A stretch of 63,380 bases of DNA, filler included, from Octopus bimaculoides (GCF_001194135.2; 5 parts of 5 records of this genome joined end to end with filler, not necessarily neighbours in it); one strand, 5' to 3'; counted from the whole stretch's first letter, positions 1 through 14,337 are shown. Notes: generated by a model from the letters alone, not told the origin. Translations and numbers: made by a program.

Positions 1-41
<41 letters not shown>

Positions 42-490
42 ATACATACGTACGTACATATATATGTATATATACTTAAATGTATAAGTATAAACACACG
101 CACGGATGCACACACGCACACTTATATATATATATATAGGCAAAAAGAGATAGATACTGAGATGGGAGAAAGTGACAGAGAATGAAAGAGGAAAATGGAA
201 GAAAATCAAAATATATATATATGCATGTGTGTGTCTATGTGTGTGCGTGTAGTTCGGGCACGCACGCGTGTACGTCTGCACGGGTGTAATCGATGTCACA
301 ACCATCTTGATCATTGTGGAAATATATATTATCATTTTACAACGGATATACGGCATTACTCTGATATTCATGGGAATGTTACTATGAAAAGCAAAATGGG
401 TATTCCAACGGATTAACTTGGATTATCTACATCGCAATTCGGTAAGTAACTTTTTCATTTTAAGCTCACTGACTTGTTTGTATGTGCATG

Positions 491-557
<67 letters not shown>

Positions 558-1313
558 NNNNNNNNNNNNNNNNNNNNNNNNNNNNNNNNNNNNNNNNNNN
601 NNNNNNNNNNNNNNNNNNNNNNNNNNNNNNNNNNNNNNNNNNNNNNNNNNNNNNNNNNNNNNNNNNNNNNNNNNNNNNNNNNNNNNNNNNNNNNNNNNNN
701 NNNNNNNNNNNNNNNNNNNNNNNNNNNNNNNNNNNNNNNNNNNNNNNNNNNNNNNNNNNNNNNNNNNNNNNNNNNNNNNNNNNNNNNNNNNNNNNNNNNN
801 NNNNNNNNNNNNNNNNNNNNNNNNNNNNNNNNNNNNNNNNNNNNNNNNNNNNNNNNNNNNNNNNNNNNNNNNNNNNNNNNNNNNNNNNNNNNNNNNNNNN
901 NNNNNNNNNNNNNNNNNNNNNNNNNNNNNNNNNNNNNNNNNNNNNNNNNNNNNNNNNNNNNNNNNNNNNNNNNNNNNNNNNNNNNNNNNNNNNNNNNNNN
1001 NNNNNNNNNNNNNNNNNNNNNNNNNNNNNNNNNNNNNNNNNNNNNNNNNNNNNNNNNNNNNNNNNNNNNNNNNNNNNNNNNNNNNNNNNNNNNNNNNNNN
1101 NNNNNNNNNNNNNNNNNNNNNNNNNNNNNNNNNNNNNNNNNNNNNNNNTATACACACGCATATATACAGAAATTAAATTCGATTTACTATTAGTTTCATG
1201 CTGTGAAAACACGATGGCCCGACAAGCTCGAATTTAAATGCTATGTATATTTAATGACATTCATCTCGTTTTGGCTGATGCTACCAATAAGGGAACAGTA
1301 TATTTTATGTATA

Positions 1314-1537
1314 TACGAAGGGGTGCTGAAAAGTTCCTGGCTTTAAAGATGTCACGAAAGGCCTGGCTGGAGACCCAACCTTCAGGGATTTTTACTGGTC
1401 TTAGAAAAACTGAAGGACTGTTGCAATAAGGGTGTGAATCTGAGAGGGGTAATATGTTGAATAAATTCATAATTGACTGATCCTCCTGTATTTTCTTTTT
1501 CCCAAATCCAGTAAATATTCAGCCCCCACCCTTCATA
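1314..1537 (+). mobile_element. Non-autonomous mariner-derived MITE
   Basis: TA-flanked; TIR cgaaggggtgctgaaaagttcctgg with degenerate complement at the right end; the interior retains a mariner C-terminus-like segment (FTGLRKLKDCCNKGVNLRG.YVE-like). Confidence 0.75.
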
Positions 1538-2467
1538 CATACATACATACATTACTTGGGTTTAACCGGGCTGCGTAAAAAGCTTTCAAAGCATCTCTGT
1601 AGCCCTTTTTAATCCGTTTTATGTGTTTCGTTTTAGGTGGTGTTTCTGGTGATGTTACTACAGATGTAGGGTTTGGATTATCCTGGTTCTGGTTACCTGT
1701 TAGATCGTATTTTTGTTCCATCAGAAAACTTTTCGTACCTTATTTAGTTCCGTATTGGACAGCGTGGTCCTTGTTGGCCCGGTCGATGACTGATATGGCA
1801 TGAGTCTTTGGTTGTATGTTTAGAATTAACTTTCTGACAAAATCGCTTCCACGTTTTTTTAAATGACTATGTTTCTCATACCGTAACTGCATAAGGCTTA
1901 TAGATCGAAATTCCTCTCTCTATCTCTCTCTCTCCCTCTCTCTGTTTTTCCTGTCCACTACGATCACAATTGGTCGCCTTGATTCATCAGTAAGAACAGC
2001 TTTTATGGATAAATCCTATAAAATCCACTTATTGTCATTCCCCATCATAGTCTCTGTTTCTTTGGTTAGACAGAAAGCAATGAGTTAGCGGAATTGTTAG
2101 CGTGTCGAAGAAAATTATAAGCAACAATTATTATTAGAAGAATATTATTCCTATTCCGCTGATGCCAACTTTACCTGTCATTTTCTCGGGATCGATAAAC
2201 TAACGTACCATTCAAATATTAAGGTCGATGTAATTCGCTTGTCTCCAGCCCTTAAAAATTGGTGATTTTGTGCCAAATTTTGTCAGAATTATTTTGATAG
2301 AAAGAATGTATTTGTTCCTGATATTCATTTGAATCATGTTACATTCTGAGTTCAAACCAAGCTAAGTTTACACTTTTACTTTTATAATTCTGGGGTCGAT
2401 AAAATTATGAGCAGTATGTTCAGATATGAATGTAATTGTCTGTACGCTCTCTCTCTCTCTTTCTATT

Positions 2468-2569
<102 letters not shown>

Positions 2570-3266
2570 TCTTTCTCTTTCTCACTTTCACTCTTACTCT
2601 CTAAAAAAAAATGTGTGGCTGTAGGCCAAAGTAAAAAAGATACTAAAAATCAATATGTCTGTCAGATTAACAAATGAACGAAAAAATATGATATACGAGA
2701 GAAAGCTATGTTTGAAACATCCAATCACGGAACGATAAAACAAAGCATTAAGAGTAAACATCCAAAATAACTTTCAAGAAATACAATAGATAAATAAATA
2801 AAATAAATACCAGTGGAGTTTATTATGTATTGATTAGAAAGAGAAAAAAACTTTCATAACATTGCATCTCATACACGTAGTTCTTGCTTATTCTGGAAGC
2901 ACTTAGCATGAATAATTCAGGAATTTACCATACATGTATATACATATAACAAACATATATGGTCATGTATATACACAAATATATACATATATGCACATAC
3001 ACACACACTCAAACACATACACTTACACACACATACACATATATACATAAATATACATATATTCAAAGACATGTACAGGTATAAATACATAAATGCACTT
3101 ATACATACATACATAGAGGCACATATCTATACATATATGCATATATAACATACATACATGTATATAAATATATGTATGTGTATATATAAAAAGAGTGACA
3201 TAGCGAGACACAAGTATATAAATGAACAACAGAAAAATAATCTTAACAGCAGCAAGCATACATACA

Positions 3267-3312
<46 letters not shown>

Positions 3313-3361
3313 TGTATGTATGTATGTATGTATGTATGTATGTATACACATATATATTTAT

Positions 3362-3454
<93 letters not shown>

Positions 3455-6400
3455 CATACATACATACATACATACATACATGCATGCATACATACATACA
3501 TACATACATACACACATACATACATATATACATATATACATACATATAATAGATTATTTTATATAGTGTGTTTATGAATGATTAATAAACTCGGTTTTTT
3601 TATGTTTCTTCTTTATTTATTTTCTTTTTTGTCCATGCATAATCACAAATTCTGTGTAACAGAATGTTTATACGGTTCCATACATTGAATGAATCAGCTA
3701 TAACAAGCCACAGCTGAACGCGTGACTCGTTGACTTGTATTATTTTGTGTCAGAAGAAAATCTAAGGAGATTCAAATATATAAGTAAATAAATAAATAAA
3801 CAAAATATATCATGATAACCTGATTGCTGTTCGCGTGCATTCGCCATCTTGAAGGTTTAATCTCAAATGTTCTTGACACCAAGATTAAGTAGTTTTGTAT
3901 ACACGTAAGAAAATGTGTCGTGTAGTGTGTATGATCATGCATAATTAAGTCTAATCAGTCTCTTTTTGCCAAAGGATTCACCTTCACATTTCATTGTATG
4001 CAACAGAATGTTTTATGATGTGCATGGCTAGATACGGCAGAACATGATGCAGCTCTGCCGAATCAAAGGGGGACAAGTAGTCATTGGTGTAACTTGAGTT
4101 GCCAGTGTTTGGAGCAAGGATATGTGTTAATCTTTTACTTGCTTCAGTCGCTAGTCTTGGGGTGGTCTCGTTTGAGCACTACCTTAAAGGGTTATAGTTA
4201 AAAAAAAAGAACAGAATTGACCACGGTACTAATTATTCTTTTTTATTTCTGCTAGTTATTCTATCAGTGTCTTTTGCCGAGCCGCTTAATTTACGGTGAC
4301 GTAAACGAACCAACATCGGTTGTTAAGTGGTGGTGGTAGTGATGAAGACAAACATAGAAACAAAGATGCACACACACACACACACACACATACACACACA
4401 CACACATACACACACACACACTCATGTACGCACACACATACACATACACATACGCATGCACACACACGACGATCTTTTATGCAGCTTCTGTCACTCAAAT
4501 TCATTCACGAGTGTATTGGTCGACCCGGATTATTTAGAAGACACCTATTCAAGATGCCGTGCGGTGAGACCGAACCCCAAACCATGTGGTTGCAAAGCGA
4601 GCGTCTCAATCATACATCTATGCCTGCATCTATTACAAGGAGAGCACGCAGTTATTTATATATATAATTTATGCATTATTTTCGTTTTTATTCACGTATT
4701 TTTTTAAGGCTTGAAATTTTGTGTCAAGAATGTTGCACCCAGTGCAACTCCCCTTATTGCTCCTGTCCTTCCTACGCCACAGTAGGCCACTGTAAGCTAC
4801 TGTACTCCATTGCATGTACTTGCTTAATCTAGTTGATGATCACATGCTTTTATTTTGCTGGATTTTCGAACACTATCCACCTTCAGTCTCATAAGGTTTC
4901 CCAATATGAACAAACGAAATACTATAAACTCAGTTAAATGTGTGACCCAGCAATACTATGCGTGAGAAAATTCTAAAACCATATTAATGTGCACCTTATG
5001 TATGTAATCCCCAGACAGCTGATACTTAACACTTTGTCTCCAGAGTTAGTGTCGATCATAATGATTGATTTTTTTTTTTTTATTTACACATAAAAGTACA
5101 AATTTTTGTGGAGAAGATTGATATTAGATAATGTCTGACCTCAACATTTGTGTGATACGCTTTTCATCGACCATAGAAAATTAAATGTCTGTGTCAATCT
5201 TTGGCGAAATTTAAACGTAAAACGTAAAAGTCCGTAATTGCATATCGCAAGATATTCTGAAAACACCACATCGATTCTTTTCGTAATCATTGATGTTTAG
5301 CATTGGCACACGTCACGCTTTAGTGGAAGCCATATTCACTTAAATAAAAACCATTACTTGATTGGTTCTTTAATTTATCAACACTGGGACGATAATAGCT
5401 AAAGACGATTTTGGTGTGTTTTGAACTGATAGCGTAGATGCTTTTAACTGACTACTATGATATAATATCTTTTGAAGAGTACAAATGATCCCTGCGGATT
5501 CTCTGTCCGTTTTCCATATTTTGCGTTCGAATCTCCAGGGTCAAACTAAGAATGAATACACAGATCATCGTTTCAGATTTCACTGTATACAGCATACATA
5601 ACGATGTTTTGAAATTATATACTGAAAGTCATTTAGTTTCATGCGCTACCGATTCTGCTATCACCCATCACAGTGCTGTTTGTAATCATTGATAAATATT
5701 TGTACTGAGGAGCTGCGGAGGCTGTCTCGTTGGCTCACTCCTAAACATATTCCAGGTTGCGCAAGTTATCTTATTAATCTTCGATTACGATATCTGATCT
5801 GTTACTCTTTTTACAGTTTAGACAAGCGCCTTCCGAATTTCATAGCTTTGAAAATGGCACACAGTAGATGTAGAATGTATATGTATGTATGTATATGTAT
5901 GTATATATATATATATATATACATAAATGTATACGCACAGATATGCAAACATAAGCATACACTGTTATAAAACCATATATTAAATCGAATACACCCATTT
6001 GCATAAATGACGCATTCTTAGCTGCACGTTCAAAGACTAAAAGGCTGATGCGTTACCAGTGATTGTTTTTCATGCTAGAAAAAAGAAATTGAACATTTAT
6101 GGATTTATTCTGTAGTATATTATCATATATTAAATAATTGCAAATGCGTTTCACTGCATTAAAAATTATTAAATATTTTGCTTAACACTGTCACCACAAA
6201 TAAACACAATTATTTTTAGCTATTTAACAAAATATATTGCTTTTTGCCGTCGCTGTTATGTCCTTCAGTTTCTTAACTTGACAATGAGAGTTCATTGAAG
6301 GTCAAAAACTCAGTTGACATCCTTCTATTTTTATATAAAAAGTGCACATGGACCTCGTTTTTCTAACTTTCAGCAGAGGTGTTGAAATTAGGAAGGGTTC

Positions 6401-6498
6401 AAGAGTATATTCGTTAACATCTCCTTATCTTTGTTCAAGCATATATCAATGGCGTGCTGTTACTTAATTACATCTATGTATGTACGTATATATGTATG

Positions 6499-6555
<57 letters not shown>

Positions 6556-7203
6556 CAATATATATATTATTATTTGTATATATATATATAAGGACATACA
6601 TATATGTCATTATATATGTATACATAATCTTATATATTTGTGAGTGTATGTATATTTATGTACGTGTGTGTGTGTATATGTGTGTGTGAGTGTGTGCGTG
6701 TATGTTACATGTAAGAGCATTACGTGTCTTATTCATGCGTGTATATCAACATTCCTCGTAGTGTAATGTACTTTTGGCAGCTGCGAGCAAGGCGTCAAGT
6801 CCCATTTTGGTGGATTTGCTCATTTCAAGAGCCTCTTTGTAGTAGTAAACGAGTTAGCCAGCAACAGGAGATTTTTCCACTGCCCTCAGGTGCCATATTC
6901 AATTTGCAATAATTGTTTTTCTGTCATGGAATGATTTATTTCCAACACATATCAACGTATGGCAGCACGGTATATAAACTCTGAGAAAGCTGGAAGGAAG
7001 TCCAGTGAAATCTTGTGACAGATATTAAATATTTCAATTTAAATTCGTGACAACAATTAGAATTTATTCATTTGTTTATTTATTCATTTACGTCAAACCC
7101 TTCGATGTATTCACAGCTCTGTGTGTTTATGCGTTTGTCTATACACATGCATCGTACCCGTTTCTTTCTTTCGCTTTCTACCTTTGCTTTTTCCCCCATT
7201 CTC

Positions 7204-7261
<58 letters not shown>

Positions 7262-7271
7262 NNNNNNNNNN

Positions 7272-7314
<43 letters not shown>

Positions 7315-8339
7315 ATTTTTCCAGAAAAAATCTTCTCGGCGAAAGTGTAAGAGGTTCAAGTACTCTCAAACTTCCAGCTAAACTGTTTCACAAAGGACCC
7401 ACGATGAAGACTCTCGCTTTTTCGTGCGTGTCTGCATGAAATATGTTTTTTATTGATATTGAAACCGTATTGAAGCTTTCTAATATCTAAATTTACTTCG
7501 GTTCTTCTCTGATTTAACTAATATTGTGTACAAAGAGATAAAGATACGTTATTTTTCTTGCCACTGATGAACGCACACTTAAAAAACTCTCCACCTTAGA
7601 TTGTTTAGTATTTGGTTACTAAACCGAAGAATGGCCAACACTGGAACAAATAAATAAAGATAAAGTTCGTTCCCAAGTCATATTGACTCACAGGGTCGGT
7701 TTTCCGGGTTTCTGTGACGTATATATTCCCCACCCGGATTGCTCACTTTTGCCAGCTGGAGCAACTTGAATTGAAGTGTTTTGCTCAAGAAAACAACGCG
7801 TCGCCCGGACCAGGAATCGAAATCACAATCTTACGATCATGAGTCCAATACCCTAAGCACTAAGCCACGTACCTTCACGGAAAGTAAATGAATGGGGCTG
7901 TTGTTTCTTTAATACCACTTACTGTTAAAAACTATATCTAAAAGTTATCCAAATATTAAATAGTAATTTGTCAAAACTTATTACTAAGATTACGTTTTTA
8001 AAATTCGGCTTTCATGTCTTCGTGAATTTTGTTGTTGTTGGTGTTATTGTTGTTGATACGAGTTGAGCGAATATCGGTCATTGATCCAAACTGGTGTTCT
8101 TTGATGTCTCACTTGGCTCTCTCGTTTGTCTTTAAAATGCCAAGAGTAAATACTAATGCTGATTAAAATCCACCAAGCATATGTAAGAAAATAAATTAGA
8201 CTTATCTGTTCCTGTGCTTCGATTTATTTCCTTAATTTCACTGTCTATTTTGCAATTATGCTCGCTAATCCGCATTCGTAAAAACCAACACAAATTGAGC
8301 ATACCATAATAGTACATGTTATTAAATTTAAATTCCACC

Positions 8340-9354
8340 ATATTTAAAGCATCATATACTCGCTGCAGTTGTTGACCAGAAAGGTTCGCGTCCACAGCTC
8401 AAAGTGCAACATCCCTTCAAATTTCCATCAAACATGCATGACCTTCCATTCGATTTCTCTTATTAGAATTATGAAAATAAATCCCTTTCTCATCCCCGTC
8501 TACAATTCGACGCCCAAAACGAGCATTGTTTGCAAATGTCACACTTCGTTGAACTTAGTCATTGGTCACTTCACGGGGAACTTCTAGGCAATCGACACTT
8601 TCACAAGCTTGGTGTGAAGGCTCAAGTTCTATGACAATATATAAGTGGTTGAAGGCGGCGAACTGGCAGAAACGTTAGCACGCCAGGCGAAATACTTAGT
8701 GGTATTCCGTCTGCCGTTACGTTCTAAGTTCAAATTCTACCGAGGTCGACTTTTTCTTTCATCCTTTCGGGGTGGATAAATTAAGTACCAGTTACGCACT
8801 GGGATCGATGTAATTGATTTAATCCATTTGTCTGTCTTTGTTTGTCCCCTCTATGTTTAACCCCTTGTGAGCAATAAAGAAATAAGAAACATTAGCACTT
8901 CGGGCGAAATGCTTAGCGATATTTCGTCTGTCATTACGTTCTGAGCTCAAATTCCACCGAGGTCGACTTTGCTTTTCATCCTTAAGGGGTCGATAAATTA
9001 AGTACCAGTTGCTTACTGGAGTCGATCTAATCGACTGGCCCCTCCCCCAAAATTTCGGTCCTTGTGCCTAGAGTAGAAAAGAGAGAAAAAAAAGAATGTA
9101 TGAGTGGTTGTGCTTGGCCGTATGTTCAACTATTTCACGCAAAGCCTCATTTTTCACAACAGGTCTCCCTGACCTTGGTTTGTCTTCGAGGCTAGAGTTT
9201 CCTAGAAACATTTGAACCAGTTCCGTGCCACACGTTCGTTGACAGTTTCTTGGCCTTTCACGTCATTAATTTCTTTTGCTGCTCCCATTTTGCTCAGTCT
9301 TTTTCCCCACAGGTAGTTTAAAATGATTCTAATTGCAATTTTTTTTTCCACCAT
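8340..9354 (-). pseudogene. Fossil mariner transposase interrupted by a SINE dimer
   Basis: Minus strand from ATG at 9354: MVEKKIAIRIILNYLWGK..AAKEINDVKGQETVNERVARNWFKCF, then SLEDKPRSGRP (HTH), VPREVT, RRIVDGDEKGIYFHN (first catalytic Asp motif), WKFEGMLHFEL, VDANLSGQQLQRVYDAL; multiple stops and frameshifts. Confidence 0.82.
8652..9090 (+). mobile_element. Dimeric tRNA-derived SINE with ~15-bp TSD
   Basis: Head aaggcggcgaactggcagaaacgttagc, B-box-like gttcaaattc; central gtcgactttgcttttcatcc..ggggtcgataaattaagtaccag occurs twice; TSD atatataagtggttg (8637-51) / atgtatgagtggttg (9096-9110). Confidence 0.85.
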
Positions 9355-9789
9355 TCATTATCAGAACTGTAAAATAAAGAATAAACAATTCAGCAACGAT
9401 TAGAACAATTTGTACCAAATTAGTGATATAACATGGAGATGCAAGTTGCCAAAATTCATCTGTGAAACCCGAAAATAATTTGATGTATATATTTATGTTG
9501 AATCATAGCAAAATACGTTGAAAATTGTAAGCAAAAGACAAAGGAAGTGACAATTAAAAATTATCAGAAGTCCTGGTCTAACTGTTACTACAGATTTTAG
9601 AACGAGTAGCAAAGATTATAGATAGGATTGTCAATATATTTTGCAAAACTTTTAATCTGAAACCGTATGTTAGAATTAGTATTGTTAAATTTGAAAATAA
9701 AACCTTTAAACACAGTCGCCGGTCATTGTTTGTTTATAATTCACTGATGAAAAAAAAAAAAGAAGTGAAATATAGACAAACAACAACCG

Positions 9790-10050
9790 ATGATCGAAAC
9801 AGATATAATAGAAATGATCGAACAGATAAAAGTGAAATGATCGAACAGATATAATAGAAATGATCGAACAGATAAAGGTGAAATGATCGAACAGATATAA
9901 TAGAAATGATCGAACAGATAAAGATCGAACAGATAAAGATCGAACAGATATAGATCGAACAGATATAATAGAAATGATCGAATAGATATAGATCGAACAG
10001 ATATAGATCGAACAGATATAGATCGAACAGATATAATTAAAATGATCGTC
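9790..10050 (+). repeat. Minisatellite with 13 copies of core GATCGAACAGATA in 23-bp and 15-bp units
   Basis: Direct reading of the sequence. Confidence 0.92.
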
Positions 10051-11379
10051 ATTGAATTGATTAACTCTCGGTGAATGAAAGGTAAAATCTGATCTTGACG
10101 GGATTTATCTTCGGATTGTTATAGGGTGTAATTAATACTACAAGGTATTTTTGTCGATAATCCCGTCAATGTTTATGAAGGTTGATGGTGGGGCTGGTAG
10201 TGTTGGTGGTGTTAATGGTGATGGTAATGACGGTGATGGTGTGCAGTGGTAGTGGTAGTGATGATGACGACGACGGTGATAATGATCATGATAGTGGTGA
10301 CGGCGAAGATGACCGCAACGATTACGACTTTGATGATTATGATGACGATGACGATGATGATGATGATAATGACGATGACGATGACGATGATGATGATGAT
10401 GATGACGATAACAATGATGATGATGATGATGATGATGATGACGATGATGATGATGAAGATCGTGAGGATTGTGTTGGTGCTTGTGGCGTTTGTACTGTTG
10501 GCGAAGGCAACGCTGTGTTTAGCGTATGGCAGCGGCGGCGGAGGCAGTGNNNNNNNNNNNNNNNNNNNNNNNNNNNNNNNNNNNNNNNNNNNNNNNNNNN
10601 NNNNNNNNNNNNNNNNNNNNNNNNNNNNNNNNNNNNNNNNNNNNNNNNNNNNNNNNNNNNNNNNNNNNNNNNNNNNNNNNNNNNNNNNNNNNNNNNNNNN
10701 NNNNNNNNNNNNNNNNNNNNNNNNNNNNNNNNNNNNNNNNNNNNNNNNNNNNNNNNNNNNNNNNNNNNNNNNNNNNNNNNNNNNNNNNNNNNNNNNNNNN
10801 NNNNNNNNNNNNNNNNNNNNNNNNNNNNNNNNNNNNNNNNNNNNNNNNNNNNNNNNNNNNNNNNNNNNNNNNNNNNNNNNNNNNNNNNNNNNNNNNNNNN
10901 NNNNNNNNNNNNNNNNNNNNNNNNNNNNNNNNNNNNNNNNNNNNNNNNNNNNNNNNNNNNNNNNNNNNNNNNNNNNNNNNNNNNNNNNNNNNNNNNNNNN
11001 NNNNNNNNNNNNNNNNNNNNNNNNNNNNNNNNNNNNNNNNNNNNNNNNNNNNNNNNNNNNNNNNNNNNNNNNNNNNNNNNNNNNNNNNNNNNNNNNNNNN
11101 NNNNNNNNNNNNNNNNNNNNNNNNNNNNNNNNNNNNNNNNNNNNNNNNNNNNNNNNNNNNNNNNNNNNNNNNNNNNNNNNNNNNNNNNNNNNNNNNNNNN
11201 NNNNNNNNNNNNNNNNNNNNNNNNNNNNNNNNNNNNNNNNNNNNNNNNNNNNNNNNNNNNNNNNNNNNNNNNNNNNNNNNNNNNNNNNNNNNNNNNNNNN
11301 NNNNNNNNNNNNNNNNNNNNNNNNNNNNNNTGTATGAGTGCTACCAGGCCTCTGTGTGTATGCGCGTGTGTGCGTAAGG

Positions 11380-11411
<32 letters not shown>

Positions 11412-11418
11412 AAGAGAG

Positions 11419-11458
<40 letters not shown>

Positions 11459-12513
11459 ACGCGGCTCTGTGTGTGTGTGCGTGTGCACACAACTGTGTGT
11501 GAGTGCGCCAGTGTTTGTTTCTGTCCAGGCGAGGGAGGGAGTGAGAGACAAAGAGAGAAGGCGTATGTGTGTGCGTCCGCGTGTTTGAGTGTGTGACAGA
11601 TTGAGAGAGAAGGGATAGTTTGTGTGTGTGTGTGTGTCTATGTGTGTGTGTGTGTGTGTCCATGTGTGTGTGTGTCCATGTGTGTGTGTGTGTGTGTCTG
11701 TGTGTGTGTCTGTGTGTGTGTGTCTAAAAGACAGAGTGAGGTGCAGGTTTCAGTACAGTGAAGGCAGCCGAAGATGAGAGAAAATAAGAGAGAGAAAAAA
11801 AAAGATAGAGAGAAAAAAAGAAAGACAGAGAGAAAGGGAGAGACAGAAGGAGAGGGAAAGTGAGACTGTAAAGGCGAAGGTGGATACGGAGTGTTGGAGA
11901 TGGTCTGCTATGGACAATAGAAGAAGACAAGACGGAGAGGTAAATAGAGGGAGGGGAAGGCAAAGGTGATTGTAAAAGATAGTAAGAGGTGAAGTTGGAG
12001 ATGGAGATGTGAGAGAGGGAGGAAAGGAGGTGGTGATGTAAGAGTGGGAGGAAAGGGCAAAAGAGTCGCTGAAAGAGAAGGGAGAGGAGGGGATGAAGAG
12101 AGAGAGAGACAGACAAACAGACAGAGAGAGGTTGCTAGGGTGTGTTGGTGTGATGGTGGTGGTGGTGATGTTTGCGGCGAAGGGAGGCAGAAGGAGGTAA
12201 ACGTGTATATGAAAGGTGGTGGGGAAGGAGAGACGGTGTTAAAGAGTCGAGGGGGGTAAATAAAAGGAGGAGGAAAGGGGAAATGTAAGAGGAAAAAAGG
12301 GTCAGAGGGAGAGAAATAGAAAATGAATAGAGGGACTGAGAGACAAAAAGAATGGAAGGAGGAGAGAGAGAGACAGACAGAGAGAGATAGAGAGAGAGAG
12401 AGAGAGACAGAGAGAGAGACAGAGAGGGACAGAGAGAGAGAGAGATATATAACATTGAGAATGAGAGTGAGACAGGGTAGTAGAGAGGGAAATTGGTTGG
12501 GAAAGACAAGCAA

Positions 12514-12571
<58 letters not shown>

Positions 12572-12764
12572 GAAACGCCTGTCATGTTGTATATACTGTT
12601 TATCTATTTGGGACGTGGCTTGCGTATTTGTGAGTTTGTATGCTTTTGTGAGTTGGGTTACTGCGTGTATGTATGGGACTGCGTGCATGTATGCTAGTAT
12701 ATGTGTAGGTGAGAGAGTCTGTGGGTGTGTTTGTGAGAGGGAGAGGGGAGAGAAAGAGAATGAA

Positions 12765-12798
<34 letters not shown>

Positions 12799-13349
12799 AG
12801 AGAGCGGGAGAGAGAAAGAGAAGGGTATAGGCATGTTTGTAGGGTTAATAAGTTAGTTTTGAAATCATGGATTTTCTGGTTCGGTCCCACTGCATGGTAC
12901 TATGGCACAGTGCTTTCTATTAAATTCTGTGTTAAGAAAGTTTTTATGTATGTATGTATGTATGTATGTATGTATGTATGTAGATCTTTGGCTGGGCTAA
13001 AAAGTCACATTCGATCACAACACCGTTAAGTTAAGCTTCGTGCAATGGCCATACTCGATAAGGAGGGGGCAGCCATCATGTATGTATGTATGCATGTATG
13101 TATGTATGCATGTATGTATGTACAGATTTGTATGTTTTATGTATGTATTCTCATGCATATAGTTGCATATCTAGACATGGGCATATATATCTAAATGATA
13201 AACTCCTGGAAAGTTTTGCAGATTTTTACAGGTTTAAACCTGAACTTGTAATCTGGATAGAGTATTTATGTATGTATCGAAACGTAACTTTCTCACTTCC
13301 CGGGTGTTAAACTAATACATCTGTTTGTTGTTTACACACCCGTATTCAT

Positions 13350-13386
<37 letters not shown>

Positions 13387-13452
13387 TAAATTCTAATAAG
13401 TTTGGAATAACTGATTAGAAAAAACATCAAGGTGATTTAAGTTAATACCCAT

Positions 13453-13611
13453 CAATCGCTGACGTCAATCGCTGACGTCAGTCGCTATATATACTACAGT
13501 ATATATTTCCTTAATATTACCATTCGCTGAATGTACCGTTCACTCGTAATATTTCGCTCAAAATAACTTCGCTCAAAATAACTTCGCTCAAAATGACTTC
13601 GCTCAAAATGA
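13453..13611 (+). repeat. 13-bp repeat containing TGACGTCA twice, and four copies of the 15-bp repeat TTCGCTCAAAATRAC
   Basis: TGACGTCA at 13460-67 and 13473-80; 15-mers at 13553, 13568, 13583 and 13598. Confidence 0.9.
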
Positions 13612-13990
13612 TTGGCACCTCGTTGTTACATAACATCAAAGCCAAAATTACGAGTTTTACATCCAGTATGAAAATATAATGGTTATTTAAATACAATACT
13701 CATATTACGTAGTTTACATTCGATGACTTTATGGCTTCATATTTTATTCAGGTATACAGTCACAATATCAAATATTCCACACCCAAATCAAACTCCCTGT
13801 ACGGGACACCAGTCCTCGCATGATTACTCGTTTTTTTTTTTTACCAGATGAGTGGAGTAGATAAATGTGAAATGAAATGGTTTGCTCAAGAACACAACAT
13901 CTCCCATTCCAGGATGTCGAAACCCCAATCTTTCGAACTTAAGTAGACATACTCCGCTACCTCCTAGATTTCATTACTTCCCATCTCCAT

Positions 13991-14290
13991 TCAGCGTTCT
14001 ACTACGTCTTCAAACTGTATATATTTCGTTTTCATGAGTTTCATTTTAAGACCTACTGTTGAGCTCGGAGTATCCAGTTCCGTCAGCATGGTCTGCAGGA
14101 GGTCTGTGGTTTCAGCGATGAGTACACTGTCACCTGCGAATCGGAAGTGTGTTAGGCTGCTCGCCATTGATGTACACGCCATCTGTCCAGTCAATGTCCT
14201 TGATGGCCATTCTAGACATGCGCTAAAGAGCTCTGAGCAGATGGCGTTTTCTTGCTTGATACCCTTCTCAATTGGGACCCTTTCTTGTAG
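13991..14290 (-). mobile_element. RTE-clade LINE reverse transcriptase fragment (degenerate)
   Basis: VPIEKGIKQE..LFSACLE..LTHFRFAGDSVLIAETTDLLQTMLTEL..SSTVGLKMKLMKTK matches the RT QG and FADD regions. Confidence 0.8.
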
Positions 14291-14299
14291 TAATAACAG

Positions 14300-14337
<38 letters not shown>

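Noticed and set aside
251-440. Hydrophobic frame (..TGVIDVTTILIIVE..IYGITLIFMGMLL*KAKWV..) ending at a strong donor gtaagt, loosely like the CLC GGIVRMT..AKWVGD exon
   Set aside because: In-frame stop, motif spacing off by 2-3 residues in three places, the donor is 7 codons too far, and there is no good acceptor; the resemblance may be chance. A tBLASTn would settle it.
1940-2000. Minus-strand CTGATGAA as a possible hammerhead (also CTGATGA at 7564, 9744, 28455)
   Set aside because: No downstream stem II-GAAA-stem III-UH register.
6771-6900. Frame CEQGVKSHFGGFAHFKSLFVVV, faintly like CLC-7 PEKSVVSLFH
   Set aside because: No downstream CWTYG or equivalent motif, phases do not fit, and the similarity is limited to a few residues.
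8153-8395. Minus ORF MDANLSGQQLQRVYDAL.. with an apparent donor
   Set aside because: Explained as part of the fossil mariner transposase, not a host exon.
9790-10050. Repeat with short variable spacers resembling a CRISPR array
   Set aside because: The spacers are 2-10 nt and themselves repeated, there are no cas genes, and the context is eukaryotic.
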